NCBI GenBank assembly: GCA_013416795.1
Contig: RQSC01000958.1
Coordinates: 1 to 64,000, forward strand
Reading direction: 5' to 3'
From: Prasinococcaceae sp. CCMP 1430
Taxonomy: Eukaryota > Plantae > Prasinodermophyta
DNA length: 64,000 nt
The translations under genes and the position numbers were made by a program. This document shows positions 44,310 through 56,572 of this stretch, piece by piece. Numbering within the stretch: position 1 is the first letter of the stretch; the number at the start of each line of letters is the position of its first letter. The notes beneath the pieces were generated by a model. The model had not been told where the DNA came from. It ran no database searches and was given only the letters and a program-made list of their open reading frames with translations.

Positions 44310-45450
44310 ATGGCGAGCGACGCGCTCGCGGACGAGCTCGGCCCCGCGGCGGCGGCAGGCGCCGAGGCGCCCAGTGGGATCGACGAGCTCGACCCGTCGC
44401 TCGTGGAGGGCCACCGCTCGTACTACGAGCGCGAGGTGCCCTTCGAGATCCGGGCGGGCAGCGGCGTCGACTCCGATGCCGACGGCGCGGGTGCGGTTGG
44501 CTCACTCGAAGCGGTGCGCGTGAAGATTCTCATCCTCGGCGATGAAGGTGCGACGACCCGCGCGAGAGAGAGCGCCCAGGCATGCGTACGCTCACGGTTA
44601 CACACGTGCGAGCGCGTGGACAAGTGCACACGTGCAAGCTGCTGGTGCCTCGCACACCCATGACGCGAAGCTGGCCCGGGCAGCCGCACGCTTTTTGCTC
44701 GCCAACTGCCGCGTGTGCCCGCTCGCCGAGCGTCCGGGTGATCCTCGTCGTGCTGACTGCCGGGGATGTTTGCCGACTCTTTCGGTCCTGCGCATCTCTG
44801 GGATGCACGTGCTCTCCCCTCCCCCCCCACCCACCCGCTCACCCACTGCCCCTGCCCCTCGCGCAGCCGCTCCCGAGTCGATCCGCGTCGAGCTGAGCTC
44901 CGAGAGCAACCTCTTCTTTCACTTTGTCCACGATCTGGACGCCGACAGCTACGCCGAGCTGCAGGAATCACAGAAGCTCATGGTAGAGTTCGCAGAGTAT
45001 CCCACCGTGCTGCTACGGATGCTCAATTCCTGCATCAAGGAGCCTCATACGCACCTTGCGGTGTTCAACGTAGAGGCCGAGGAGGGCGGCTCGCGTCTGG
45101 ATTTCATCTGCAATATGGAATACAAGTTCGTGGAGCTGCTCAGCCTCAACTTCGAGGAGTCCTCGGAGGATCTCGTGCGCCAGCACGTGACCTTCAGGTA
45201 CAACGCGGTCAAGAGCCGCTTGGCCATGATGCAGGCCAGGCTAGCGGACGTCAACGCCATCGTGCGCGTGAAGGTGCGGGCCCCGACTGTGCTGCTGCGC
45301 GGCGGTGGCTGGAGGAAGTGCGCTGCCGCTCCGCTGACACCGTGGCGCACCCTGCGGCCCTCTCTCGTGACACAGAACCCTTCGCTGCTGCTCACGCTGC
45401 AGCAGAGCGCTGGCGCTTCAGCAGGCCCCAAGAAGGGGGTGGGCCGGTGA
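44310..45450 (+). CDS. SAS6L: SAS6-like protein (SAS6L, SAS-6 N-terminal domain); exons 44310-44547, 44867-45273, 45376-45450
   Basis: DPSL..GH...Y.REVPFE.R, VRVKILILG, IRVELSSE.NLFFH, QKLMVEF.EYP, MEYKFVELLSL, FRYNAVKSRL and K|NPSLLL. Phase-consistent GT-AG introns. Confidence 0.85.
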
Positions 45451-45573
45451 TGGCGCGTTGCGTCCGCGGCGCATGGCTCCCAGGAGAATCTTGTAAATAA
45501 CCCACGCATACAGTAGTTCTACTTGCGGAAGCTTGCGTGCGTGCGGGTGGACGGCGTGCAGGGAGTTTATAAT

Positions 45574-47043
45574 TTAAACGGAGAGCTCCTTGGTGAGCTC
45601 ATGCAGGCGCACGATGTTGGACGCAAAGAAGTCGCCGTGCTTCTTCTCCACCTTGGCGTCCGACACGTGGATGACCTTGTCCTCCACGTAGAAGTGCAGC
45701 CCCTCGTTCTCACCCTCGCCCCCGCCCAGCTTGTGCTTGAAAGCCATGAGCAGCGCCATCAGCTCGCTCTCCGTCACCTCCATGAAGGACGCCAGCTTCG
45801 CCACCGGGATGGTAGTGTACAGGCGCAGGTACGAGCGCAGCTTCGGCAGGCGAGCCTGCTGCCGCACCTCCTCCATGAAGATGCTCAGCTGCAGCTTGTA
45901 CGCGTCCTGCGACGTGTCGGCGCTCGTGTCGTCGTAGTTCGGCGGCACGGGCGTCACGAACTTGGGGCACGCGTACGTGAAGAGCTCGTTGAAGCCGCCC
46001 TGCTGACCGGCCGACATGCGCTGCAGCTTGTCGCCGTGCTTCTCCAGCACGGCTTTGTGAACCCCCTCGTCGATCGCGCGCTCCTGCGGGCAGAGCGCGG
46101 AGCAGATGGCCAGCAGCGCGTGCATCTCCTCGTTGCGCTTGATGATCTGGTCGTACGCCGCGGTCTGCGTGTGAAACTGCTTGGTGCGCGAGATGTAGAG
46201 CAGGATACTGTTGAACGCGCGCGCCGCGAGCGTGTACTCGCGTTTCATCAGGTGGCAGAAGCCCGAGTAGTAGAACACCGAGATGTGGCAGCCTGTGACA
46301 CGCTGGTAGAGCGCGGCGCCGGCGCGGCCCTCCGACGCGCCCAGCGCCTCGGCAGAGCGCAGCGCGCTGTGGTAATCACCCAGCAGGCAGTGCACGCGCA
46401 GCAGGCCGATCAGCGAGAAGTATCCCAGCGCCTTGAGCACGTTGGAGCCCTTGCCGTAGCCGTAGCCATCGGTCTCGGTGAAGGAGCGGTCACCGCCCTC
46501 GCGCTCGCCCTTGAGCACCGACACGATGTCGCTCTTGTCCACGAGCGCCTGCAGGTAATTGAGCACGCCCAGCGCGTTCCACACCTGGTCCGCCTCGCGC
46601 AGCACCGCGATCTCCTTGGGGCTCTTCAGCTTGAGCTTGGAGCGGTACGCGCAGAACGACTGGAACTGGTAGACGAAGTCGTCGACCATGTCCCACAGCC
46701 ACAGGTTGGGCAGCTGCATGTTGATGTTGGTGTTGAGGATGACCTGAAAGAGCGCGCAGTAGTTGTCCCACGACTCGCAGCGCTGCTCGAGCGTCGGCTG
46801 CAGCCGCGCGTACAGGTGCCTGTAGTACATCTCCTTGTACAGCAGGCAGAAGACGTGGTCGTCGTCCACCAGCGGCGCGATCACCTCGACGGGCGGCCAC
46901 GGCTTGTCCTTGAAGAAGCGGTCGGTGAGCTTGGCGAACGAGCTCTCGTACATGGAGTGAATCTCGTACACATTGCGCTCGCGGATGTGGCGGTAGAAGT
47001 ACACCACGAACTGCTTGACGATGTCATGCACCTCCTCGACCAT
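45574..47043 (-). CDS. EIF3L: Translation initiation factor eIF3 subunit L
   Basis: LYKEMYYRHLYA, ESWDNYCALF, LPNLWLWDMVDDFVYQFQSF, GYFSLIGLLRVHCLLGDY, ACPKFV, IRSYL-like LRSYLRLYTTI. Confidence 0.95.
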   Translation of the reverse strand: MVEEVHDIVKQFVVYFYRHIRERNVYEIHSMYESSFAKLTDRFFKDKPWPPVEVIAPLVDDDHVFCLLYKEMYYRHLYARLQPTLEQRCESWDNYCALFQVILNTNINMQLPNLWLWDMVDDFVYQFQSFCAYRSKLKLKSPKEIAVLREADQVWNALGVLNYLQALVDKSDIVSVLKGEREGGDRSFTETDGYGYGKGSNVLKALGYFSLIGLLRVHCLLGDYHSALRSAEALGASEGRAGAALYQRVTGCHISVFYYSGFCHLMKREYTLAARAFNSILLYISRTKQFHTQTAAYDQIIKRNEEMHALLAICSALCPQERAIDEGVHKAVLEKHGDKLQRMSAGQQGGFNELFTYACPKFVTPVPPNYDDTSADTSQDAYKLQLSIFMEEVRQQARLPKLRSYLRLYTTIPVAKLASFMEVTESELMALLMAFKHKLGGGEGENEGLHFYVEDKVIHVSDAKVEKKHGDFFASNIVRLHELTKELSV

Positions 47044-47338
47044 GGCGCCTGCCCGCCGGGCGCTGCACGCGCTCGCGCGGCGCGCGCGGCGATCGGCGAT
47101 TTCGCGCCCGCCGAAATCGCGCGCGCCCCCGCGCCGCGCGGCCGAGGGGCGTGCCGCGCGCCATTCGGGATCCGGATCCGGGCGGGGGGGAATTCGCGGA
47201 GAGAGCGTCGCGGTCGACGCCCAAATCGGAACCGCTGTTCGCGCCCGCGCGCGGCACCGCGTGAAAAAGCACCGCGCGCTTTCGAGTTCCCATCTGATAC
47301 CATGTACGTACGTACAGTACACAAGGTGCAGGGCAAAA

Positions 47339-47383
47339 GCAGTGCAGTGCAGTGCAGTGCAGTGCAGTGCAATGCAGCGCAGC
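47339..47383. repeat. (GCAGT)n pentanucleotide microsatellite
   Basis: Six perfect GCAGT units followed by degenerate units, between eIF3L and the fucosyltransferase gene. Confidence 0.9.
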
Positions 47384-47759
47384 CGGTGGGCCATCAGGGA
47401 GGGCACTCGCGACTAGGGGTCGGTCCTTCGCCAACCACGGACAGCCCCGAAATGATCGGGGCGCGGCGGCACGGGCAGACCTGGGGCGCGCGTCGCCGCC
47501 CGGGGTGGGCGCGCCCGTCTCCCGCCTGCCGTCGCTGAGGGCCGTCCGAAGCGGCCTGCGAATCTCAATGGAAACCCTCGAAATGCGAAACCCCAAACAT
47601 GGCCCGATCGATCCCGCAGACTGTGTGTGTGTGGGGGGGGTGTTGAGCAGCGGCGAACAGCCGCGAGCGTTGGCAGCGCTCGCCACAGCGCGCGCGGGGG
47701 GGGCGCGCGTTGGGGGTGGGTGGGGGGAGGGGTGTGTGTGTGTGTGTTGCGTCTTCTAG

Positions 47760-50700
47760 CGGCCGGGCCGACGCGCGGAGCGCGGCGGCGCGCTGCGGGA
47801 GCGTGCGCCTTCGCCGCCTCGGTCGTGCTGCTGGCCCTGCTCGTGTTCCTCCTCGGCGGCGCACGGAGGACTCGCAGGCACGGCGATGAGAGTGTGTCCG
47901 CGCGATTCGATGACGCCGTCTCCGCTGCACGAGCGGCGTGGTGGGGCGAAGACAATGAGGCCCTGCTGCAAGCGCAGTCCTCCATCACTGGGGTGCGCCC
48001 TGAGGACCAGCGCGCGCCACTGCCGCCAAAGGACGGCGCGCTACGAACTGCCGAGCAAAAGAAGATCGACGAGGAGAAGTACATGAAGAAGAAGGCGGCC
48101 GAGAAGGCGGCTCAGCAAGCTCTCAAGGAGAAAGAGTATGCAGAGCAGAAGGAAAAGGAGCGCGCGGAGGCTGAGGCCGCGCGGCAGCTGGGAGAGCTGC
48201 AGGCGAGGAAGGACGCCGAGGAGAAGGAGAGCCAGGCGCGCGTGCAAGAGAAGGAGGAGGAGCGCCGGCGGTCTCGAGAGGAGGAGCAGGCCAGCAAAAA
48301 TGCCCTCGAAGAACAACAGGAAAGGATGCAAGAGCGGGATGTCGAGCAGGCGCAGCACCCGCACCACAGCCACCACTACGAGAGCCACGGGAAGCGCCCC
48401 GACATCAGCAGCGTGGTGGTGCTCTTCAATGACGAAGAGTGCCGCTCTGAAGGCTTCGGCGGCGGCGACAAACATTATCCCAATCGACGCTTCATGTACC
48501 TGAACCACTCGCATGACCTGTGCGACACCTTCTTCCACGGCGCCGATCTGAAAGCCATTGTACAGACAAGCGGTCAAGGGCCGGCGTGCGGGGAGGGTGC
48601 GAGTGCGGAGATCGGGGACGAAAGGGTCGAGCAATGGTGCGCCTACGGCAACGTACGCGCGGCCAGCATCCCACCGTACACGAAGATCCGCCTCATCAAC
48701 GCGTGCACCCACACGCGCGACTACAGCCGCAATCATGGCTTTCTCAACCACTGGAGCGACGTCGTCGAGATTGAGAACCGGGACAACTATGAGCGATGCT
48801 TCGCGGTGCCGCCGCCAAGCAGCAGAGGGTGGGGGCGCGTGGACGTCATCAAGTTGAAGAGCCCGGCCGAGGTGTGCTCGCTCTACCCCGAGGCGATGGA
48901 GCGGGCGCTCCATCCTCCCGGAGGCGACGCGGCGCTCTCCGAGGACGAGCGCGCACGCAAGGCCCGCATGCCCTCGGTCACACCGCGCCTGAAAGCCGCG
49001 CGTTCGGAGCACGAGGCATCTTCCAGTGGCACGCGCAGGCTGCGGGCGGGCAGTCGGGCGCTGTTGGAGCTTCCCTTGCACGAGGAGTGCAAGCCGCGCG
49101 CCCTCGTGACGGGCGGCAGCGACACGTCTACCGCAATGGTACAGAATCTCAACCTGGTGACGCGCGCCGCCTATCTTCCGGACAAGGAAAGCTTCGCCGA
49201 TGTCTACGAGAGGATATGCCCTGCGAGCGGCAGATCATCGTGGCATCCCGACCGCATGGTGGCGCACGAGTGCGGTGGCAGCTCGAAGTTCTCCAACGAG
49301 ATCGCGACGGCCTTCGCGTCCAAGATGATGACGGGCTGCGGCAGCTGGTGTCTATACAGCGCCACCGAGCCATGGGCCAAAGGGTGGATATGGGACCAGG
49401 ATGCCACGTGCTGGGACCCGGTCGGGCCCGATCCGCCGCCCGTAGGCCAGCAACCGAACGAGTGCTTCTTCAAATACAAGTCCGAAGTCGAGGCTGCGAC
49501 CAAGCGCGTGGCCGAGACCGGCTGTCACGACCCCGACGCCCTCGAGAAGATGCGCAAGGCGGAGGAGGAGATGAAGGCCATGATGGCCAAGAGAAACGTC
49601 CCGCCGCCCACCTGCCGCGCGGAGGACCCGGACGCGAAGCCCGACCTCGAGCGTGCCGCGGCTGTCCAGGATTGCCTCTCGTACTGGGACGAAGACTGGA
49701 TCCCCCCGCCCGATACCATTGGCAAGGTCGCAATGGAGAAGGCTCTGGGCGTGTCCTCGGAGGAGGCGAGCACGCCCAAGTACGTCTTCTTCGACAACGA
49801 CTTGGGCGGCTTCAACAACATTCGCATGGCGTTTGAGTGGGTGGTGTCCTTCGCTGTCATTACCGGACGCATCCTCGTGCTGCCTCCCCCCTCCGGTTGG
49901 TACCTGATCAACTACGGTAATATGAAGGTCGGCGGGGGCCACGAGGGCGGCGTGTCGCACTTCTCGCAGTTTTTCGACATCGACTTTCTGAATGAGACCT
50001 TCGCCAAGTACGGCACGACCATCCTCAACTTTACCGAATTCGTGCGACGCGAGGGTGAGTCCCTGAACATGCCCGAGGACATCATGCGGGACTCAGGCGC
50101 GAGCTTCACCGAAGGAAAGGGCGACCCGAGGCGAAAGGCGTTCCGCGACTGGGGCTTCGATCATTTCACGCGTGCGCCTTGGTCCCCATTCAGAGGCATC
50201 ATCTGCGTGCCGCATTGCAACGACGAGTGGTACAAGGGCACAGCCGACCAGAAAGAGGCGCAGAAGATGCCGCGGCTGCCGACGCCCGACACCCCGACCA
50301 TCTGGGATCGCGACGGTCGCCCGCTCGAAGAATACACGCGCGACAACCACACACACACGGTCCTCTACTTTCCCGACAGGCCTAGCAAAAAGAAGAATGA
50401 TGATGGCATCGAGTATCGCCAATTCGGCCAGGTCGCGAAGGCGTTCTGGTTTGAGACCGACGCCGGCACAGTCGAGTACCACCGCCTGCTGCGCTCCGTG
50501 CACTACCCCGAGCTCGTGTACGAGATCGCCTCGCGGGTGGTCTCGTACCTCGGCTTGTTTGAGTACAGCTCGATGCACATTCGCCGCAACGACCTACAGT
50601 ACCAAAGCGCGTTTGTCGGCGCCGAAGCCTCTGTGGAGAACACCGCGCACGTACTGCGGCCCAACGAGACCCTCTACATCGCCAGCGACGAGACTGAGAA

Positions 50701-51031
50701 GGGCTTCTTCCAGCCATTTCGCCACCGCTACTGCGTCTACCGATTCAATGACTTCTATGGGCCGCGCGGTGGAAACGTCCTGAAGGGGGTGCACGTGCCA
50801 GACAATCTTCTTGGCCCCATCGAGCAGGTCATCATGGCGTCAGGGCGTGTCTTCATCGGGACGCATCTCTCTACGTTCTCAGCGTTCGTCAACCGCCTGC
50901 GTGGCTACATTGGTGCCCCAGACACGTCCACGTGGTACCACAACGGGCACGTCCTGTCGCCTGGCTTCCAGTACACGACGGGGGGGAACGAGTGGACTCG
51001 GGAGGAACGCGACCTGTGGGAGCACCTGTGA
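47760..51031 (+). CDS. Large type II membrane GDP-fucose O-fucosyltransferase-like protein (start unresolved)
   Basis: N-terminal TM helix and coiled-coil stem. The C-terminal domain has GGFNNIRMAFE, GRILVLPP, HIRRNDL, LYIASDE and IEQVI...RVFIGT.LSTFS. Confidence 0.85.
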
Positions 51032-51164
51032 TGAGGAGCGATCGGACCTGGGTGAGACCAAATGAGGAGGATCGGCAGGGAGCAGGTCGGAATGCAAGTA
51101 CTGTACGTGGCATTTAACAGAAAGAATGTGATGATTGGTACGATGTAGTGCTGTCCAAGTCTCA

Positions 51165-54100
51165 TCAAGGTTGGGCGTGCTGATGAGGCGAGCGCACCAA
51201 GAGAGGGGGAAGGCCCTCCAGTAGCTTCTTGCACGCGGCTTGCAGCTCTGACTTCTCAAGCATCTCGCTAGGATCGATGCCGGCCTTGACCAGTGCAGTG
51301 CGCATCGCGCGAACGGCCCACCTGTCCTGCGGCGTGCGGTGGAGGGCTCCAAGACGCGCGATCTGGTCGCATTCCTCAGCAAACCTGCGCGCGGAGAGGC
51401 GCAGTTCTGGGTCAGCTCACACTCAATACAGCGCCGGACACGCCGCTGAAACACGCGGGCGACACGGCGCACGCGCTCGCAGGTGCACACTCACTCTTGG
51501 TGGCCAGCTGCGACTGCGACCTCTCTGGCGGTCTCCTGCAAGTCGTCCTGCACGAAGCCATCCGAGCCGCCCTCATACATCAGCACCTTCGCAGCCTCAA
51601 GCTGGTTGTTCTGGGCAGCTGCGTGAACGGCGGTGCCACCGGCCTTGTTGACGGCGTCAGGGTTTGCGCCCTGGCGCAGAAGCCAGCGCACGGCCTCGCA
51701 GCGGCCCTTGGCAGCAGCCCAGTGGAGCGCCGAATGGCCAGTGAAGCCGAGACTTGTGCCCTCGCCAGCGTACTGCAGCAGCCTCGGGTTGCGGGCAAGG
51801 GCCGCAGCTAGGTGCGCGAGCTCGCCCTTCTTCGCAGCCTCGAGCCACTCCCGGCCCTCGACCTTAGCCACGCCGCACGCGGCCGCCGCTGCGTCAGACT
51901 TGGCACGCTGCGCTTCGCGCTCGGCGCGTTCGGCGCGCTCCGCGGCCTCCTCGAGGGCGTCAGCGGCGGCGGCCTCCGCGCGCAGCTTCTCGAGACGCTC
52001 CGCGCGGCTGCGTGCGGCGGCACTTGACCCCGCTGCTGGCGCAGATGCAGGCGCCCTGGAGCCATCTTCAACGTCCGAGCCCGCACCCCCGGCGCCGACG
52101 CTCTGCAGGCTCGCAGCGCCCGCGCGCACATCGCTCATAGGCGAGGGCACCTGCGGCTGCCGTACCAGATCACAGCTCCCGCTGCCGCCACCGCCGCCTG
52201 CCTGAACAGGCGAGCCTCCGCCGACATCGCCGCACTCGACGCCTCCTCCGAGGTCCTCGTCGATCGCAGACTCAACTTCCGCCTGCTTGTGCGTCTCGGC
52301 AGCCGAGACCGACGGCTCCGCGGCAGCTTCGACAGACGCGGTCTCGCCACTGCCAACACGACGCCCAGGCGCCGGAGCATTGCTCTGGGACGCCGCATCA
52401 GTGTCATCCGCTGTCTCACCACTGCCCGTGCTCCCCCACATGTCATTGAAACGTTGCTGGTGTGCGCGAATCGCCGCCTTGGCTTCACGCAGGCCCTCCT
52501 CAAGTGGCGCCCGCTCGCTGTCGGGGCAAGCAGCGAGGCCCGTCTTGTACGCCTTGACTCCTTCGCCGGCTTGGCCCATGCCCACCAGAGCCGCGCCCTT
52601 CCGAGCATGGGCCTTGCCCCAAGTCGGGCGCAATTTGATCGCTCGCTGGGCGTCCTCAAGCGCGCCCTCGTACTGCCTCAGCGCGCACCTCGCGCCGCTG
52701 CGGTTGCTCCAATACACCGCGTCGTCCGGACAGAGCCGGATGGCCATCGAGTATTGCGTGACCGCCTTGACGTGATCGCCAGCATTAAAGGCCTTGTTGC
52801 CACGTACTTTCGCGGCGTCCGCCTTCGCAAGGAGCGACGGAGACGGCGCACGCTGTGCGCTAGCGTCGTCGTCGTCGCTGTCCGATGACGTCGACGATTC
52901 GGGTGCATCACGAGTTGCGCCAGTGCTCCTCGGAGCCTGTTTCGGTCGCGCCCCATCCCGCGTGCCCACCCGGGTCGAAGTCGAAGCTGCCACAGAAGGC
53001 GGCGAGGGCTCGCTCGGCCTCGGCACCTCTTTGGATGTCTCCGGGGCTGAAGGTGGGGCCCTCAACGGGGGATCCACCAGAACTTCGGCAGCTTCGCTGG
53101 CAGTAGACACGTGCTCCGACGCCGGTGCGCTCGATCCCCCGGCAGCCTCGAGCGCCCGCGCCAGGTCGGCATGACCGTGCTGCCGTGCAAGTTGTGCCGG
53201 TGTCAGTCCATTCGCGTCGATGAGTGAAAGGCCAGCGTCGCCGGCCACCTCAGCGAGCAGCATCGCACAAGCTCGCTTGCCGTTGGCTGCGGCGGAGTGA
53301 AGGGCAGACGATCCCTCGCCATTCATGCCGAGAGGATCCGCACCTCGTTCAAGCAGCCAGCGCGTGCTGCCGGCGTGATCCTTGGCGGCCGCCCAATGGA
53401 GGGCGGTGTGACCAATGCCTGGGCTTCGCTGCGTCAGGAGCGACGGGTACAGCTGTAGTGCCTCGCCCATGAGCTCGCAGCAACCGTCCTTGGCAGCGCT
53501 CAGCCATGTGCGAGCGACATTCGCCGGGGGGTCTTGGGCCGACGCCTCCTCAGCAGTCGGCTGCGTGGGCACCGATGCCACTGGCGCGGGTGACGCGGAC
53601 ACATCAGACGGCTCTTGCGCGCCTGCCGGCCCTTGCGACTTGCCGCCCGCTTCCGCCTCTCTCGCCATAGCCTCCGCTTTGGTAGCTTGCGCCTTGCGCT
53701 GCTTCCTCGCCTTCTCCTTGGCGCGCTTTTTCTGGCGCTTGATCTCCGCAGCTTGGGCTTTCGCTGCAGATGCCGCGTCGACATCTGTTGCACGTGGCGC
53801 GGGCCTCGCGGGAGCTACTCGCGCTCCTGCAGCTCTCAGCCGCGCGCGTGCAGCTGCGCGTTCAGCCCCCGACGCAGCTTCCGCCATGATCTCTTTGACG
53901 AAGTCAGGGTCACTCAGGTCGGTGTCCTCTGGCGAATCCATCATGCCGCTGCTGGCTGCCAGGAAGTCCATCAGGCCCTCGGGTAGCTCCCCACCGCAGG
54001 CGTGCAGCAGGTCGTCCAGGTCGTCCACGCTCAGTTCCTTGTCTCCGCGGGCGTCCCACGACCTGAACAGCTCAGCAAGCTCGGGAGGGGGGCCTGAAAA

Positions 54101-54886
54101 TCTGTCGGTTCCGCGCGCCCCCCCGAAACCGTCGCCAAGCCCGCCGCTGCCACCGCCACGGCTTCGGCCGCCACCACGCGCCGAGCGTCGCTCCCGCGCG
54201 CTTCCGAAGGCCTCATCCTCCTCGGACGAGTAGAGGCCGTCGAGGTCGACCCCTGCCTGCCCGGGCCGCTGCCAGGCAGCCCCGACCAGACTCTCAAGCT
54301 CCTCCTGGCCCATTTCGCCGCGGGCGAGCATCTCGCTCATTGCCGGCGGCATCCCCGCAATGCCGTCGCTGGAGAAGCGCATGCCCTCCGGAAATGTGCC
54401 CTCCGGGAAGAGCTCCTTCGGGAACGGAAACGGCGGCATCGCCTCGAGCTCCTCCTTGCTCATGCCCTGGACCATATCCGCGACGGATCCGTCACCCATC
54501 AGCTCCGCCATGACGTCGCGGAACGAGCCCACGTACTCCTCGGCGCTCTGATCGATTCCCTCGACGGAGCCGGTGTCGTCGTAGTACTTGCGGCGGGACG
54601 GATCGGACAGCACGTCGTACGCGTGCGAAATCTCCGCGAAGAGGCGCGCGGCCTCCGCGTCGCCTGGGTTCTTGTCAGGATGGTAGCGCATCGCCAGCCC
54701 GCGGTACGCCCGCTTGAGCGCCGCGGGTGTCGCCTCGCGCCCGACGCCGAGCGCCGCGTACAGGTCCGGCCCCTGCGGCAGCCCATTGTCGTCGTCGTCG
54801 CCGCCTGCGTCGTCGAACGCGCCGCCGCCCGGCGCGCCGCGCGCGCCAAAGCCCGCCGACGGAAAATTCCGCGGGAAGCGGGGCAT
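51165..54886 (-). CDS. J-domain + ankyrin + TPR + ankyrin protein with SAP-like tail; intron 51385-51494
   Basis: DLYAALGV...YHPDKN J-domain, [11 protein letters not shown] ankyrin repeats (two clusters), KVRGNKAF...YWSNRS...KAHARKG TPR triad. The last exon encodes [26 protein letters not shown]. Confidence 0.88.
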
Positions 54887-55225
54887 CCTGGAGGCCGCCC
54901 AAATGCCCCCACCGCCCCGGCCTGCAGCTACCTACCCCTTCCCCCCACCAACCCCCCCCCTCCACACACACAGTCAGCCCGGCGCCACCGCCGGGCGCGC
55001 GGTGTGTGCCAGGCTGGGCGCCCGCAGCGATCGGCGCGCGAGCGCGCGCAATTTCAGATTTTGCACCATGTGTCGGTTTCGGGTGGTGATGTGATCTGAT
55101 GATGCCATCGGCGGTACCAGCGGCCAGGCGCGGCGGTGACATTTAATGTACTGTAGGGTTTACTCTAGCCACCGAGGAGGCGCGAGGCCGAGGTGCAGGT
55201 GCTAATAGGTCCTGGGTGCTACTGG

Positions 55226-56039
55226 TCACTGTCGTGCGTTGAGCAGGGTGGGATCGTCGAGTACGCGGTCCATTGCTTGCGAGAGCGCGCGCGAGATCAC
55301 CTTGGGCAATTCCTCGCGCTGCCACTTGCTCACCGCCACGTCCACGTGGTCGCGCACGACATGGCGTAACACGTCCCAAAAGCGCCCGTCCACTGGAGGC
55401 CTCCTGATGCGCGCGTGCGCAGAGGGAAATACCGGCAACAAACGCAGAGTGAGCACTCGCATGGTGGCTCTTGTTCCAACCAGCCAGTATCGCATGAACG
55501 CGCACGCACGCTCTCGCTCGCCATGCCTATCGCTTCCTCATCCGCACGCACCTGCCCGATGGCGCGTTGCCGTTCCTGTGTGCAAGCTCGGCACGTGCCG
55601 CCTCGACATCGCTGATGCCAGCGCTCACGTAGCCCGCCTGGCCCTTGCGTCGGCCGTGCGCGGCTCCCATTTGCACAGCTGGCTCATCCCGGGCCGCAGT
55701 CGCTCCCGCGTGCTGCTGCTGCCTCAACCCCTGCATACCGACTTCGCCGCTGTCCGAGTGCACGTGCGCGTTCAGTAGCTGCTCAGCAAAGGCGTCGTAC
55801 AGCACGGTGTTGTCCGGATTGTGCGGGGCAGAGCGCAGCGCCTGCTCGGTCATGTGCGGAGGCAGCGCGTGCACGTAGCGGCTGGCGAGCGCGCGCAACT
55901 CTCCACGGTCGAGCGCCCCCGAACGGTCACGGTCCGCGCGTGCGAGTGCCCGCCGCAACGCGCTGACCTGTGCGTCCAAGCCAGTGGGACCGGCCCAGAC
56001 CTGCGAGCCGGCGCCGTCGCGCCACGACGTAACCTCCAT
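55226..56039 (-). CDS. EF-hand protein; intron 55404-55551
   Basis: ADRDRSGALDRGEL is a canonical EF-hand loop. The phase-2 GT-AG join GR|RPPVDG leads into a helical C-terminal exon. Confidence 0.65.
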
Positions 56040-56572
56040 CGCCCCACTCCTCTCACCGGCCTCCCGAGTCGCTGCTGCTGCTGCACTCGAGCCGCTGCTG
56101 CTGCGTCTCACGGCCTACCCGGACCTCCGCACACAGCGACCTCTGCCGCGCCGCGCCGCGTATGCTGCGTTGCGAACCCACGGCGCGGGGTGTGGCGCGC
56201 GGGCGCGCGCAGGAGACGCAGGGCTCGTGCGCACCTCCTCCTCCTCCCACCTGCCCGGCACCCGTGCACGTCGGCGCGTCTGGGGGAACGCGGCGCAGCT
56301 TGGGGAAGGCAGCGCGTCTGGGGGAACGCGGCGGGTCAACGCTAACGATCGGCGTTGCGCCGAGGCTGAGCTCACATGAAAAAGCATTGAAAAACGGGTT
56401 TCATAAACCCTGTTTGACGAACGGTCTTACAGTATTTCAACCTTATTACAGTACAGTAATGTCCACAGTGTACAATGTGTAAACCTCAACGTGTGCGCGA
56501 TACATTGACACCGTGGGTACCGCGGGGACTGACTTGACTGGCACGCGCGAGGCCGCGCGGGCCGCGGCGATG

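Noticed and set aside
47339-47383. CRISPR-like or other spaced repeat array
   Set aside because: It is a simple 5-nt microsatellite without spacers, in a eukaryotic context with no cas genes.
45523-47538. Long ORFs antisense or alternate-frame to real genes (e.g. 45523-47538+, 39010-40494+, 127-609-, 2390-3841-, 60851-61804-)
   Set aside because: They mirror well-supported genes on the other strand, have R/A/P/G-biased translations, and are expected from stop-codon scarcity at high GC.
2168-55551. Introner-like repeated introns
   Set aside because: The introns compared by eye share only splice signals and CG-richness, not extended identity.
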